From positions 2,165,638-2,229,637 of the forward strand of contig JAWQFM010000007.1 of assembly GCA_033442325.1 (NCBI GenBank): DNA of 64,000 bases. Reading direction: 5' to 3'. Source of the stretch: Salpingoeca rosetta (taxonomy: Eukaryota; Protista; Choanoflagellata). The position numbers and the translations under genes are program-made. Below are positions 1 through 13,200 of the stretch, in pieces. The notes beneath the pieces are model-generated. The model searched no databases. It saw nothing but the letters and a program-made list of their open reading frames with translations, and was not told where the DNA came from. The stretch's first letter is position 1, and the number at the start of each line of letters is the position of its first letter.

Positions 1-154
1 GTTGCGAAGCGTGCACACGATCTTTGGGTTATTGTATGCTTTGCAAGCACACGCTGTTTTGGGCTTGTGCTTGCGCCCTACTCATGTCTCGCATCACACT
101 GCGCTGCCTTCTCGCGCTTTTCCGTTGCAAACCATACCATCATCGCGTCTGCAG

Positions 155-770
155 ATGTGAACGTGCTGCCCAGCCCGCACTCCCGGGTGAATCTGGGAAA
201 AGTCGGCTCCGACCACACATCGACAGTACGTTGCTTGTGTTGTCCTGTGTGTGTGTGTGTGCGGTTGTGTTCGTCTGCCTGTCTGTCTGCCTGTATGTCT
301 GTCTCTGTCTTTGTCTCTGCCTTGTGTGTCTGTGTGTGTGCGATCTGAGCAATGGCACTCCGCTGCGTTCGATGTCACATCAACACCACCATTTTACTCC
401 GCTTTGTTTTGCCTCTGATGTGCAACTGACTTGCCCCGGCGTCTTCATTTGCACACGACGATGGCGTATGTGACATCGTGCTGATATTGGTTTGCAGTAC
501 ATCAACGCCAACTTTGTCACCGGTTACAACCATGCCGAGAACACATACATCGCCGCACAAGGCCCAAAGGCCAACACCATCTGGGACTTCTGGTGCGTGT
601 GCCTGTGTGTGTGTGTGTGTGTCTGTTTGTTTGGGGGTATGTCTGCCTTGCATGTCTGTGTGTCTGTGAGCGTGCGTGTCTGCGTGCGTGTTTGTCTTCC
701 TGTGCACGACTGTGCTTGCGTGTGTGCAAGCTGACAGGCTTGCTAACTCAATTGATTTACCTCTTGTCCC

Positions 771-807
<37 letters not shown>

Positions 808-1335
808 GGTTTCCTATGTGTTGTTTTGCAGGCGCATGATCTGGGAGCACAAGTGCAGGATAATTGTGATGATGACGGGGCTGAGGGAGAACGGCCGTGC
901 AAAATGCGACAAGTACTGGCCAGATATTGGGGAGACCATGACAGACAAGACCACGTTCACAGTACGCACGCACATGGAGCTCGTGTGTGTTTGTGCGTGT
1001 GTTTGTGCGTGTGCGTATGTGTGTGTGTATGTGTGTATGTGTGTGTGTGAATGTTTACATGTGTTTACATATGTGTTTACATGTGTGTATGAATGTTTAC
1101 ATACATGTGTGATTGTTTACGCGTGTGAATGTGCAAGCGCGGTCGTTGGTCCGTCCTGTTCCTATGGACCGCCGAGCTCGCTGCTTGATTGTGACGTGTG
1201 TGCCTGTGCTCTCCCATCCCGCGATGTGGCAACAGGTGCGGACGGTGGAGGACGTGGACTGTGAGGACTACGTGCTGACGACGTTCAGCCTGCAGCACAT
1301 CCCCTCGGGCGAAACCGTCAACATCTCCCACTACT

Positions 1336-1371
<36 letters not shown>

Positions 1372-1476
1372 GCGCACGTTCGCTTTGGGGAACATGGCGA
1401 GGGAGGTTGGCCATCGCAAGGGAATGTCGGAGGAGAATTGATGTCTTGTTTGCACGCCTGAAGACTCAACACACGT

Positions 1477-1510
<34 letters not shown>

Positions 1511-1951
1511 TATCGGCTTGTGCCACTGCCTCGTCCGCCATCGCAGGTTCACCAGCTGGCCCGACCACGGTGTGCCTGACGAGACGTGGCCTGTGCTTGA
1601 CTTTGTGGGCGCCGTTCGCAAGCACGCGAACCATTCGCACGACGCCGCGCCCATTGTTGTCCACTGTAGCGCAGGCATCGGCCGCACAGGTCCGACTTGT
1701 GCGTATGTGTGCATGTATGTATGTATGTGTGTGCACATGTTTTTCGATTGGGGCATGCACTGTTTTGCTACGTTGAGTCGTTTGATTGACGTCGTCATCA
1801 CACACACACACACACATGCACACGTGAGCAGGCACCTTCATGTGTTTGGACATCTGCATGCAAGAGTTGCAGAGCGAATGGCGGTGCGTTGTCTGTCGAC
1901 ACCGTCTGATCGCCAGTGCATGTACTGCTTCCCTGTAGCTCAAACGCGCCT

Positions 1952-2047
<96 letters not shown>

Positions 2048-3178
2048 CGAGTAACCTCTGATCACACGCACACACACACATACACGCACACACATGCCGT
2101 GTGATGATGGCACTGGCGTGCAGGGTGTGCGATGTGTTTGGCACCGTGTACCGCATGCGTCAGGAACGCGGTGGTGCTGTTCAGACAGGCGTCCAGTACA
2201 CATTCATCCACAAGGTCCACATGCCCATCTTGTTTCCGTGTGTGCCCCGTTGTATCTCCCTCCTTGCCCGCCCTGTTTCCTCTCAATCCCCAGCAGCCGG
2301 GATCTGTGCTCACACTGTGCTGGCTGTATCCCCCCGCCACTCTGCGTGGCCTTTGAATGCGCCCTGGACACCATGCGAGCAGGCGTTGTATGATTACGTC
2401 ACGCCTGGCCACCCAAAGTCCATGTTTGGAAGCAACATGCCAAGGTGTGCGTGTGTGCGCGTGTATTGTGTGCGTACGCGCACATGTGTGTGTTCATGCT
2501 TGACTGGTCGTCCATTCATCCTCCGCTCTTCTTCATACTGCATGCTTCTGCTGCTGCAATCCTCACCTCCGCCTCCGTCCATCACCACGCTCTCTCCTCT
2601 TCGTTCTCCCTTTGTTTCCTCTTCGTTCCTCTTCGTTCCTCCCTTCCCCCGGCTGCCAGGGACGTTGGGCTGATCAAGCCGTCTGGCGGCAGCTTTGGCT
2701 TCACCCTCCGCGGGTCCTGCCCGCCGTTTGTTGTCAAGCTCGACAAGCACGGCATCGCAAAGGCAAACGTACGCTCCTCTCCTTTATTTTGTGTGTGTGT
2801 GTGTGTGTGCGTGTGTGCGTGTGTGTGTGTCTATGTGTGTGTGCAGACGATCACGCTGGCTCAGATGCCGCCCCTGCGTCCAGTGCCATGGAACCACGCT
2901 CGTACCTTGCCCCTTTTTCTCTTCACTACACAGCACGCACGTGCACACATTAGCACACCATGTGCGCGTTCAACATCCACGCCCGCATATTGTTGAATCC
3001 TCACGCTGTGTCTTTTCGTTGCGTGCGGGTGTGGCAGGGCATCAAGCTTGCCGATCATTTGCTCGCCGTGAACCAGCAAGACACCAGCACAATGGAGCAC
3101 ACGCAGGTGGTGGAGCTGATCCGAAACTCAGGCGATGTCGTCACCCTCACCGTCATCTCAAAGGCCCCAATCGCATAG
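155..3178 (+). CDS. Classical protein tyrosine phosphatase with C-terminal PDZ domain (5' end lies outside the window; spliced)
   Basis: Exons at about 155-225, 498-592, 832-961, 1236-1336, 1547-1689, 1832-1883, 2124-2214, 2383-2444, 2660-2768 and 3038-3178 join in frame at GT-AG sites. PTP motifs: [55 protein letters not shown] motifs: GSFGFTLRG and [12 protein letters not shown]...HTQVVELIR. Confidence 0.93.
1954..2043. repeat. (CT)n microsatellite, intronic
   Basis: About 90-bp perfect dinucleotide run in a PTP intron. Confidence 0.95.
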
Positions 3179-3196
3179 CCCTATCGTGTCACTCCC

Positions 3197-3234
<38 letters not shown>

Positions 3235-3946
3235 TTTGTCTTTCACATGGGTTTGCTTGTGCGTTTACGTGTTCATTTGGCAGTTTGAATTTTTTCTTGT
3301 ATGTATGTTTGTTTGAGAGTTGCGCGCCTGTACCCCGCCATCGTGTGTGCTTCATCTTCGCTCTTATCTGGCTCGTTCAACAGACATGTTCTTGCTCTTG
3401 CACTTGGTTTACTCCGGCTTGCCGTGCTTGCTTGGTTGTATCGTTATCGGTGCATCCCACAAGATTCCGACCACGCCTTCTTGCTGTTTCCGCTGGGTTT
3501 TGCATGTGTTGTTCATCTCGTCGCCTGTTGCCGCGTTGCTTGTGTTATGTTACATTACACACATGACTGTCTCGTTCTCAGTACAAGGTATCGCCGACCT
3601 GGTGTCACGGGTCACCACTGTGACGTGTCTTTGAACGCCCTTGCACATATTGTACGTGAACCTGCAAGCCAAACAACGACCTCCTCCGTCAATACACGTG
3701 CGTGCACGCCCACGTTGGTTTTACGTGGCATGCCTGCAGCCACCGTTGTGCGAAACGGGCCCGCACACGTTTATCTGAATTCAAGCCCTTTTGTGGGCCT
3801 TTGCTGACCCCGCACGTAGTACCCATGCCGTTCGCCCCGGTATTTAAACGACTTACAACACGGGAGCAAAGTGCAATCAAATCAAATTTTCATTCGTAAG
3901 ACGTGGCGAATATTCGCTGGCGTTCATGGATTTCCGGTGGATGACG

Positions 3947-4058
<112 letters not shown>

Positions 4059-4213
4059 TGTGCACGCTATGTATGCGTGTGCATTATGTGCGCGTTGAAC
4101 GCGGCATTTTCTTTGTCCCTCTCAGACACAGCACGTCCCTCCTAGCTGTGTGACACGACAGCCCGATTTCGTCGACGGCGAGCGACCACACGACAACGCC
4201 CACGAAACCGACC

Positions 4214-7200
4214 ATGTCCATCCCGGCGGCCTTGCTTATGGAGGGCAGCCTCAAGGCGATCAGCGTCAGTGAGACATGTCCCACGCTCAGGTGAAGAAAG
4301 ATCCAACACAGAATTTGCCAGCTAACTTGATGTTCCGAGGTCTTTAGCCAGATCACCAGAGCATATGCAACCAGCTCAACTCGACTCGCACATGGCGATT
4401 GGCGCATGCATCGTAACTCGCCTCTTCCTTCCTGCTTACCTGACAAACGCTTCTCTGCCTCTTTCACCCTACTGCCACTGCCCAACCACACACATGAAGG
4501 CTGACCAGCCTTGAACCTGGATCCGAGGTGCGCTTGAAGCAAGCGCTGGCTCGAAACACAAGTTTGGTCGCCCTCATGTAAGTGGAGGCCATCAAGGCCT
4601 ATTGGCACATCACCAAGACACTCTGAACGCATTTGTCGCTGGTGTGTATATGTGTGCGTGCGCGTGCGTGCGTGCGAGTGCGTGTGTGTGGCTGATCAAC
4701 ATACCTACATATCTATGTGTGTGATGGTGCCTCTGCCTTGCAGAATTGAAACAGAAAGGCGGCTACCTGGGCTCGGAGCGGCGCTTGCTCACGCTCTGAT
4801 TTTCAACACCACACTTCAGACCCTCGAGTAAGCTGTGGGGCGTGTATTGCTTTGTGGATACCACTGTCTCTTGTAGTACATACCGCGTTTGGTCTTTCTG
4901 AACCATTTACCAAATCACACACACGCTCACATTCACACGATGTGGGGTCCACAGCATTACCGGTGCACACTGCGAAGGCAAGGCCGTTTCTCTGCTTGCT
5001 GAAACCCTCAAGAAGAACAGGAGCCTCACGTCTCTGCTGTCAGTACCACGCTCTCATACTGTTGTTTGTTGAGACAATGCACCTGAGGCATACACACACA
5101 CACGCACACACGCACACGCATACGTGAGTCAGTGCCTTTGCCTTGATTTCGTCCTACGTTTTGTTGGAGTCCAATCAAACGCCCTCACAAAGTCGTCATA
5201 CATCCGAATGGTTCTGTCTTCTCACCTTCACCAGGCTGAGAACCTGCGACTCAGATGGACTGCTTGCGCTCGCGGACGCCCTCACGCAAAATGATACGCT
5301 CAGCACTTTGACGTGAGCCTCGAGATGCGCGTGCGTGTTGGCTTGTATGTTGACGAGGAACAGCGTGTGCTGTTCTTGATGGCACGTGGTTTGCTTTCCT
5401 TGAAAGCACGGCCATTATTATCCTCCCTCCCTCCTCCACCGCCCTCTCTTCCTTTCCCCTTCTCCCATCTCTGCTTGGTTTAGCTCTGTGTTGTGTCTGC
5501 TCACGTGACTGTTGTGATGTGACTTACTGGCCGCGCTTGTGCAAATGCGTCTTCCCTGCAGACTCGGCGAAGGCATCATCAGCGAAGAGGCCGCACTCGC
5601 GTTTGCTCACACGATACAGGCAAACAAGGCCCTGACCGTCCTCAGGTACAAGTTTTGGCTGAGGGGCGTGCAGGGTTCCTGTGCGTGTTGCATTATGCAG
5701 TTCATGCCCGACCTTCCATTCCCCGACACTAAGCGTCCTGGCACAGCCACAATGTTTGTATGACGGGAACCTTTCATGGCACGGATAACTTCTCCAGCCT
5801 TTCAATCACTGTGACGACGGCCCAAAGCGCACACGCACTCATACGTGCTTGTCAAATGAATGACTCCCTGGAGCAGCTCATGTGAGTACAACAGGTTGCA
5901 CACCTGTCACCTGGCTTGCTTGTGATCACTTGGTCTGTTGTTGGTTCGCATCTGTTGGTGCACACATGCACACGTGCATGCAATATGCATACGAACACGT
6001 GTGCAAGCACTCACTCACTCACACACACACACACACTCTCTCTCTCATATGTACTTTGGGTTGCTGTCATGCACACACACACGTGCATGCCCGCCGCTCA
6101 CACTCCCAATCCCTTCATGTCCCCCGCACCATCACACCAATCACCACTCGCAGGCTATCCACGAGCATCTGTCACACTGCAAAACCAGGCGCGCTGGAGC
6201 AGCTTCTCAGGGACAACTCAACGCTGCAGCGCCTCGAGTATGTCAATACCACCCGACCAAATACACACATACACACACACACACCACACCACACCACACC
6301 ACACCACACCACACCACACACCACACCACACACACACACCCGTGCTGCGGATGGCTGTCGCAAGGGAACCACCCCCTCCGTGTAGACACATGCACACTGT
6401 TCATGCGGATGCATGCATTCTATGTAATCTCCATCAGGCTCGATAGCGTTGATTCGCGGGAGGCAAGTGCACTGGCCTCTGGACTGCGGAACAATGAGGT
6501 GCTGGAAAAGCTTGTTATCAAGAAGCAAGTGGGCGGCACGGACGGCAGCTGGGCACTCGCGCACATTCTTGTCAACAACATTGGACTCCAGACATTTGTG
6601 TAAGTTGATCGCGTGTATATGGTTGTCATCGAGTCGGGGAGGGTGGGAAAGGGGGGGGGGGGCGGCTCGTGTGTGCACGTAAGTCTGCCCCTGCGTTTGC
6701 GATCAACAATTGCACGAACAATTCGTCTTAGTGCCCCACCATAGGTGTGCACTCACATCCACATCTGCATGCCCTATCGTACACACACACACTTCCGCAC
6801 ACACACGCATTCACTCACACACACTCTCTCTCCTTCGCTTCCACTGCCGTTTGACCAATTGACAGGCTGGGCCATGACAACAGTGAGAACGGACAATCTT
6901 GGCCGCTCGCGCGCGCACTGCGAACCAATAGCACCCTCACCTCCCTCACGTAAAGATTTGTTTTGTTGTTGGCTGGTTGCCGTTGCTCCATTCAGCGTGA
7001 CGCACAGCGCTGATACTGCTGCTGCTGCTTTTGTTGCTCTTGTACAACCTTGTTACCTTTGTGCGCTTCGCAAACATGCATCATTCCTCACGCGCTCCGC
7101 CATTGATGCCACTCCACAATGCACACAAACATGATGCACTCACATTTACAATTGATGCGTACGCAGGCTATTTGGTCCAATCTTATCTGATGCAGCTTGT

Positions 7201-10200
7201 GCACTGGCGGGTGCGCTTGCCAGTAACACTTCTCTCCGATCGCTTGTGTAAGCAGCACATAGATACACCATCAACACACACGCCTGCACTCACCAATGTG
7301 TGCGGATGCAAGGCGCTGCCTGTGCTTATTTATCAGCCTTGCAGCCATGTTCCCAAACATAACACACGCACACACACGCACGCACACACACACACACGCA
7401 CGATCGTCACCGCATTCCTTGCTTGCTTTTCATTCTGCTGCCCAGGATCCTTGAAAATGAGCTGGACGAAGCAGGCGCATGGACACTAGCCAACGCCATC
7501 AAGAAGAACAAGTCGCTCCACAACGTTTCGTGAGTCGGCAGGCGTCCCTTGCACAAACTCTTTCATGCATCGTCGTTGAGTGTCATGCATACACATGCAC
7601 ACACACATACACACGCGCACGCACGCACAAACACAAGAGGCGACGCCTTGTCTTCACACCACTGTCATCTTAAACAAGCCTGACTGTGCTTGCTTGCTCG
7701 CTTGTTCGCTTGTTCGCTTGTTGCATGACGGACTAGATTGTCAAACGGAACTGTGGGCGACGCCGGCGCCAAAGCATTTGCAGGGGTCATTGCACACAAC
7801 ACGTCCCTGCAATACCTCGAGTACGTGTTCAGCTGCTTGATGAGGGCAGAGGCTGTGGGTTGAGAGGGAGGGGGGTGGGGTGGCAATCGCTCCCCATTGT
7901 GCGATCTGTTCCTGTGTGTTTTCCACGTTTCCACGCCAATTCGGTTCACTCAGAACACTGTCGATAGCTACTCACACTCACGTTACCTTGCCAACACCCA
8001 ACTGGGGGTTCTGTTTGCACTGCTACGATGGCTTGGCCCCTCCGCCCTCCCGAATGCTTCTCCTTGCATGTGCCCAGCCTCAGCAATAACGGCATCAGCG
8101 GCGAAGGCATTTTGGACATTGTTCACGCTCTGGCATGGAACACCCAGCTCATCACCCTTGAGTATGTACAGGGCATCACATCAGTCAACTTTTTGATGAT
8201 TTGATGTCACACCTTGCGTGATTAGCATGATGAGTCAAGCGTTGCGTGCGATAGTCATTTCTCTTACTGATGCGTGCCCATGGTGTAGTTTGACGGGGAA
8301 TGCAAATGACCGAGCACTGGGCGAAGAAGCCGCCAAGATGCTGTGTACCGTTCTGTAAGTTGTGTGTCTGCCTTGCCTTGGTCCAGAATGTACTCTGCAA
8401 CAGTTTCATACCATGGTGCACACGTCTGGGTCCCTGTGTTGCTCCTTGCCGAGTGCTGTTGAGCTTTCGCCCAAGGAGCAAGCGGTTGAGTGCTTGGGTG
8501 CTTGCTGGGGTGGGGACCCACGAATTGTTGCCCTGACTCGCTTTTCGTGCGACTTGTGTGCAGGTTCGATGGCGAAGCAAAGCTTGGATACAACATTCAA
8601 CGAATCACGCGCACTTCTTCCGTGCAAGTACGTGTGTTGTGTTGTGTGTTGGATGTGTGTGTGTGTGTGGATGTGAATGTGGGCGCTTTCGCAACGCACC
8701 GAATATTGCGTCGCGACGAGGAATCGCAAGTGCTTTCAAACCACAATCCCACATGCCACCTCTCTTGCATTTTCGTGTGAGGCTCTGTAGCACCGCTCTT
8801 CGTCGTCCTCAAGCAGCGACGTCGGCTCCATCAGCCGCGTGAGTGAACTGGAGACAAAACTTGACGCCATCAAACGCGAACTGTTCCACAAAGGTACAGA
8901 CTCACAGACATGAGGGAAGGTGCACAGGTGAATGTGACACCGGGACTTTTATCCCTCGCGCGCTACTTTACCCATTGCCCCTGTTGTGTATGTTGTGCAC
9001 ACCTGGCTGTTAGGCTCACAGCACTGCCTTTGCACTTGCATTACCGTGCCACGTTGTTCGCTGGTGTCCAGATGAAGAGATCAACGCGCTGCGCAGGCAG
9101 TTGCGGCGAGAGAAGCGCAGAAGCATGCCTCGATATGACGAGCGTGCCAACTGGAGGTCCCGCGAAGCGGAAGTTGGTGAGTGTGTTGGAAAAACCTGAC
9201 ACGTGTCCATGCGCGAGTGCTCGTGCACACACCGAAGCGCCCGCCTTTCTTGCTCGCTCAACGTCGCTCAACTGCGCACGTTCAGCGACCTGCACCCATA
9301 CACGCACAACATGTACAACGCACGCATGTGCGCACTCACACACTCACACAACACCCACCTACAACAAACACACGCACACCTGTGTGCACTAACACATGAC
9401 ACACAACGTGCACACACACACATTACGCACACACTCGCGCGCTCCATTGCGCCGTCGTGAATGCGCGCATGACAGAGGCACTGTTGCACTTGCGGATGGA
9501 CGTGTCGTTTGTGGACAACTGGCGCAGGGCAGAGGACATGCGCCACCGTCCCATCGTGGGTGCTGCGGGCAACCTGTTCAAGGGGACGTATGCTGGCCAG
9601 ATGGTGGCCCTGAAGCAAGTGCTGTTAGATCGCGCGCCGTCGCTGACAGCGCTGATCCAAGGCAAGCACAGCAACCGCAACCACAGCCTGTTGCTCGAGG
9701 TGAAGATCCTCCTCACCATGCGGCACCCGCATATTGTTCCGTTCTTGGGCCTGTGCTACGACCAAGCGGACCCCGGCGTGGTGTACCTCATGATGACCTG
9801 GGCCAGCGGCGGATCTCTGTACGAGTACCTGCACACCAGCAAGGCAGCGCCTTCCCGAGCAGAACGGAGTCGCATGCTGATGGAGATGGCGAGCGCAATG
9901 GAGTACTTGCATGCACACGGCGTTGTGCACCGCGACTTCAAGTCGCCCAACGTCTTGCTTACGGCCAGCTTGTCCACGCAGATTTGTGACTTTGGGCTGA
10001 GCAGCGTCAGCGAGCAGAGCTCGCACGTGTCTGCTCGCTTGGGTACGGAGCTCTGGGCCAGCCCCGAGCAGTTCGCCGGCGACCTCTTGACACGGGAGAC
10101 CGATGTGTTCTCCTTTGGCTGCGTCGCGTGGGAGATGGTGTTTGGGCTCCGGCCCTGGCATCACCTTGAGTTTATGACGCATCAGCGGCGTATCAAGTAC

Positions 10201-11695
10201 ATTGCCCACTGCTATGAGCGCCACGTGTTCATGGCCGTAGACAAGGAGATCAACGGACGCACCGCCTCTCCGGAGATGCAAGACATCATCTCGGGCTGCT
10301 TGCAGCCCATTGGCCAGCGTTATGACTTTGGGCAGCTGTACAAGGCGTTCTTGATCCAGTGGGAGGCTGCGAAGCAAGGCGGGCCCGTGAACCTGGACTT
10401 GCACGAGGAGATCCTGTTTGGCGCGGATGACGCCGTGTGGAAGCTGAGCCAGGACGTGGTTGACCAGATTGACACGCTTCTCGCGCCGCTACCTGATGCA
10501 CCGTCCACCCTTGTTGCTCCACTCAGGCTCTCGCTTGCCGAGCACCAGGAGCTCTTACATCAGGTGTCGTGTCGTGTGTGCGTGTGCATGTATGTGTGTG
10601 CGTTTGCGTGTGCGTTTGCGTTTGCGTGTGTGTATGTGTGTGCGTGTGCGTGTGTGCGTGTGCGTGTGTTGTGTGTGCGTGTGCGTGTGTGTGCGTGTGC
10701 GTGTGTTGTGTTGTTTGTTATCACTTGTGTTTGTGTCAGCGACTGCGAGTGACTGCTCGTGAGCAGTGAGGGACCTTTTCTTGTGCTGGTCAGTTTGTTC
10801 GTGGTGCATCTGTTGATACAGCCTCGATGTTTACATGAGGGCATGCCTTGTTCTTGCTCGTACACCCTTTCAGGTGCTGCGAAAGGCGCTGGCTGGGCCA
10901 CGATCCATGGATCCCGTCCTGAGCCGTCTCCGCGACGCTGCGTTGGTCATTTCTCACGTGAAGAATGCTGCGTTCAATGGCGCAGTCATGCGCAATCGCA
11001 TCATGGTGCGCTGCAAGTGCGACGGCCAACGGGAAGATCTGCCCCGCCCATTTCCGGTGCAAGACATGGCGTCGGAGCACCACAGCTCGCCACAGGAGAT
11101 TGCGCTGCTCAGCTACGCAACGATGCACCCGCACGCGCTGAACAGCCCGTACCACTTCCTCTGCGTCCCCTCCCCGAACGACGCGCTTCATGTGAACTTG
11201 CGCATCCAGCGCGCATTTTGTGGGCTGCCGTCGTTCGAGGCGGCAGTGGCCATTCTCAGTGGTGACATGAGCCACCTAGTGCCAAAAGATGGTGGCTGGA
11301 TGGGCCACGGGTTCTACGTGACACCTGACTTAGACTTTGCTCTGGAGTCGGCCGTGCCCATCGCTGTGAAGGACAGAGACCTGCCGCGTACTCTGGAGAG
11401 GTGGCGGCTGTCCCGCTTCCCCTGCTGCCAACTGGTGCTGCTGTGCGATGTGGTGTACACCAACCCCTTCCCGATGCTGTCGGAGGCGCAAGTTGACGGG
11501 GAGAAGCTGATGCCTGGACACGACGCCCACGTTGCTGTGGTAAACATGGCGACCAAACCGGCCAGCAACGCTCGGCCTTTCGCGTCGGTTGAGGATTGGC
11601 AAGCCGAGGGCGGTTGTCCGGCTGTGCAGCTCGTGTTGCATGACGGCGCTTCCGTTCTCCCGCACGCTCTGCTTGTGTTTGAACCAGGTCCTTGA
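4214..11695 (+). CDS. RNI/NLRC3-type LRR array + coiled coil + TKL-like protein kinase + C-terminal PARP/ADP-ribosyltransferase-like domain (spliced)
   Basis: ATG at 4214. About 14 LRR units, mostly in 84-nt phase-2 exons (4744-4827, 4955-5038, 5562-5645, 5798-5881, 6154-6237, 6866-6949, 7446-7529, 7737-7820, 8078-8161), with consensus ALAxALxxNxxLxxL. Coiled-coil exons at about 8790-9175. Kinase exon 9476-10563 (VALK, LLEVKIL, HRDFKSPNVLL, DFG, WASPE, DVFSFG). Last exon 10874-11695 is PARP-like (AFCG, GWMGHGFY, LVLLCDV, QLVLHDGASVLP). The junction near 8387-8563 is uncertain. Confidence 0.85.
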
Positions 11696-12092
11696 CATCA
11701 GTATCAGACGAGACTGTCAATAGATGTGTATGTTGTGTGTGTATGTGTGCACGTGTGTGTTCGTGTGTGTTCTGGGGAGGGTAAGGGCGAACGGAGAGAG
11801 CGAGCGGACTCGTGAGTGTTCTTGCTGTGTGTAGATGTGGATGGTGAAGTCGTGTAAGTGTTCTTGCTGTGCGCATTGTATTTTGTGTAAATGGCTCAGC
11901 TACTCCTACCTCGTATCCGAGATTTACTGTTACAGTTTACATGTTTCGTCGCTTCGTGTTTGCTTTGCACACACTGTAGTGGTGGCGTTGTTACATTACA
12001 TAGTTACATTATGTAGCCTGTTCGTACAACCCATCTTGTCCATCCCATGTTGGGTACAAAAAGCGACATGACAAATTGCATTCCCAGAAGCA

Positions 12093-12682
12093 ATGGCGGC
12101 GGCGTTGGTGGTGGTCGTGTTTGCGGTCGTGGTGCTCGCGGGTTCACCCGCACTCGCACAAGATACCACAACCCCTGTCGAGGTGTGTTGGAGTGCGCGT
12201 GCGTGTGTGTATTTGTGTGTGCGTGTGTGTACTGGTGTGTGCGTGTATTGGTGTGTGTGTGTGTGTGTGTGCGTGTGTGTGCAAGTGCGTGATGCAGTAG
12301 GGTCTATATCTGTGTGTATGTAGTTTTGCTGCTTTCCATGTTGTTCAATATCAGAGTCACGGCATCGCTCTCATTGCGCTGTGGACGGGCGTTGTCATTT
12401 TGTTTGCCGGTTCTGGAATGTATGCAGGCAAGTTCAGGTTCTCCCTCTCCCGGATCGAGCGGTCAGCAAGATTACACGGCGCGGACGTTGGCGGTGATTG
12501 CGCTTATTGTTGCGTTACTCAGCTTCTTGGGCTTCGTTTACGTCTTCAAGCAGATGCGCAGGCAGCGACACACTGTGAACCGCATTCAGGTGCGTGCGCG
12601 CGTTTCAAAAGCGCGCCGCTTTGTTGTTGCTGAGCTCACCGAAGCACACGCACACGCGCGCATGTCTCTCTCACTCTGTCTG

Positions 12683-12745
<63 letters not shown>

Positions 12746-12885
12746 CTCTCTCTCTCTCTCTCTCTTGCACACGATCTCACTCTCACACCCTCTCTCTCTC
12801 TCTCTCTTGCACACGATCTCACTCTCACACACCCTCTTGGTTTTGTTGGCAGGAGATGGGGGACATACGTTTCATATCCGTGTGA
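12093..12885 (+). CDS. Small (~94 aa) type I single-pass membrane protein
   Basis: Exons 12093-12182, 12428-12589 and 12853-12885, all phase 0. Signal peptide MAAALVVVVFAVVVLAGSPALA, S/T-rich stub, TM segment LAVIALIVALLSFLGFVYVF, basic stop-transfer KQMRRQR, C-terminus RFISV. Confidence 0.65.
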
Positions 12886-13200
12886 AGCTGGGCGCTAAAA
12901 CCTCGTGCATGCGTGCATGTGCTAGTGGCGCGACACATGCATGCGTGCGAGAGTCTTTCGCTGCCAGCGGCTTCGTTTGGACATGCGCTGCGATGATTTT
13001 CATATGAACGGTGTACTGTTGGAAGGGAGCAAACTTGTTACACAACTATTACAGTGGTTAGGCACACTTCAAAGACAGCCTTTGGAATGGCAGCACGACA
13101 CGAGAGCGCAAAACAGCATGGTGGTTGGCAGACGGCCAGGGAGTAGAGCAAAGGCGTATGCATGTGTGTGTATGTGTGTGTATGTGTGTGTATGTGTGGT

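Noticed and set aside
4509-8354. Regularly spaced similar units suggestive of a CRISPR-like array
   Set aside because: The units are protein-coding LRR exons with GT-AG borders; there are no identical DNA repeats or cas genes.
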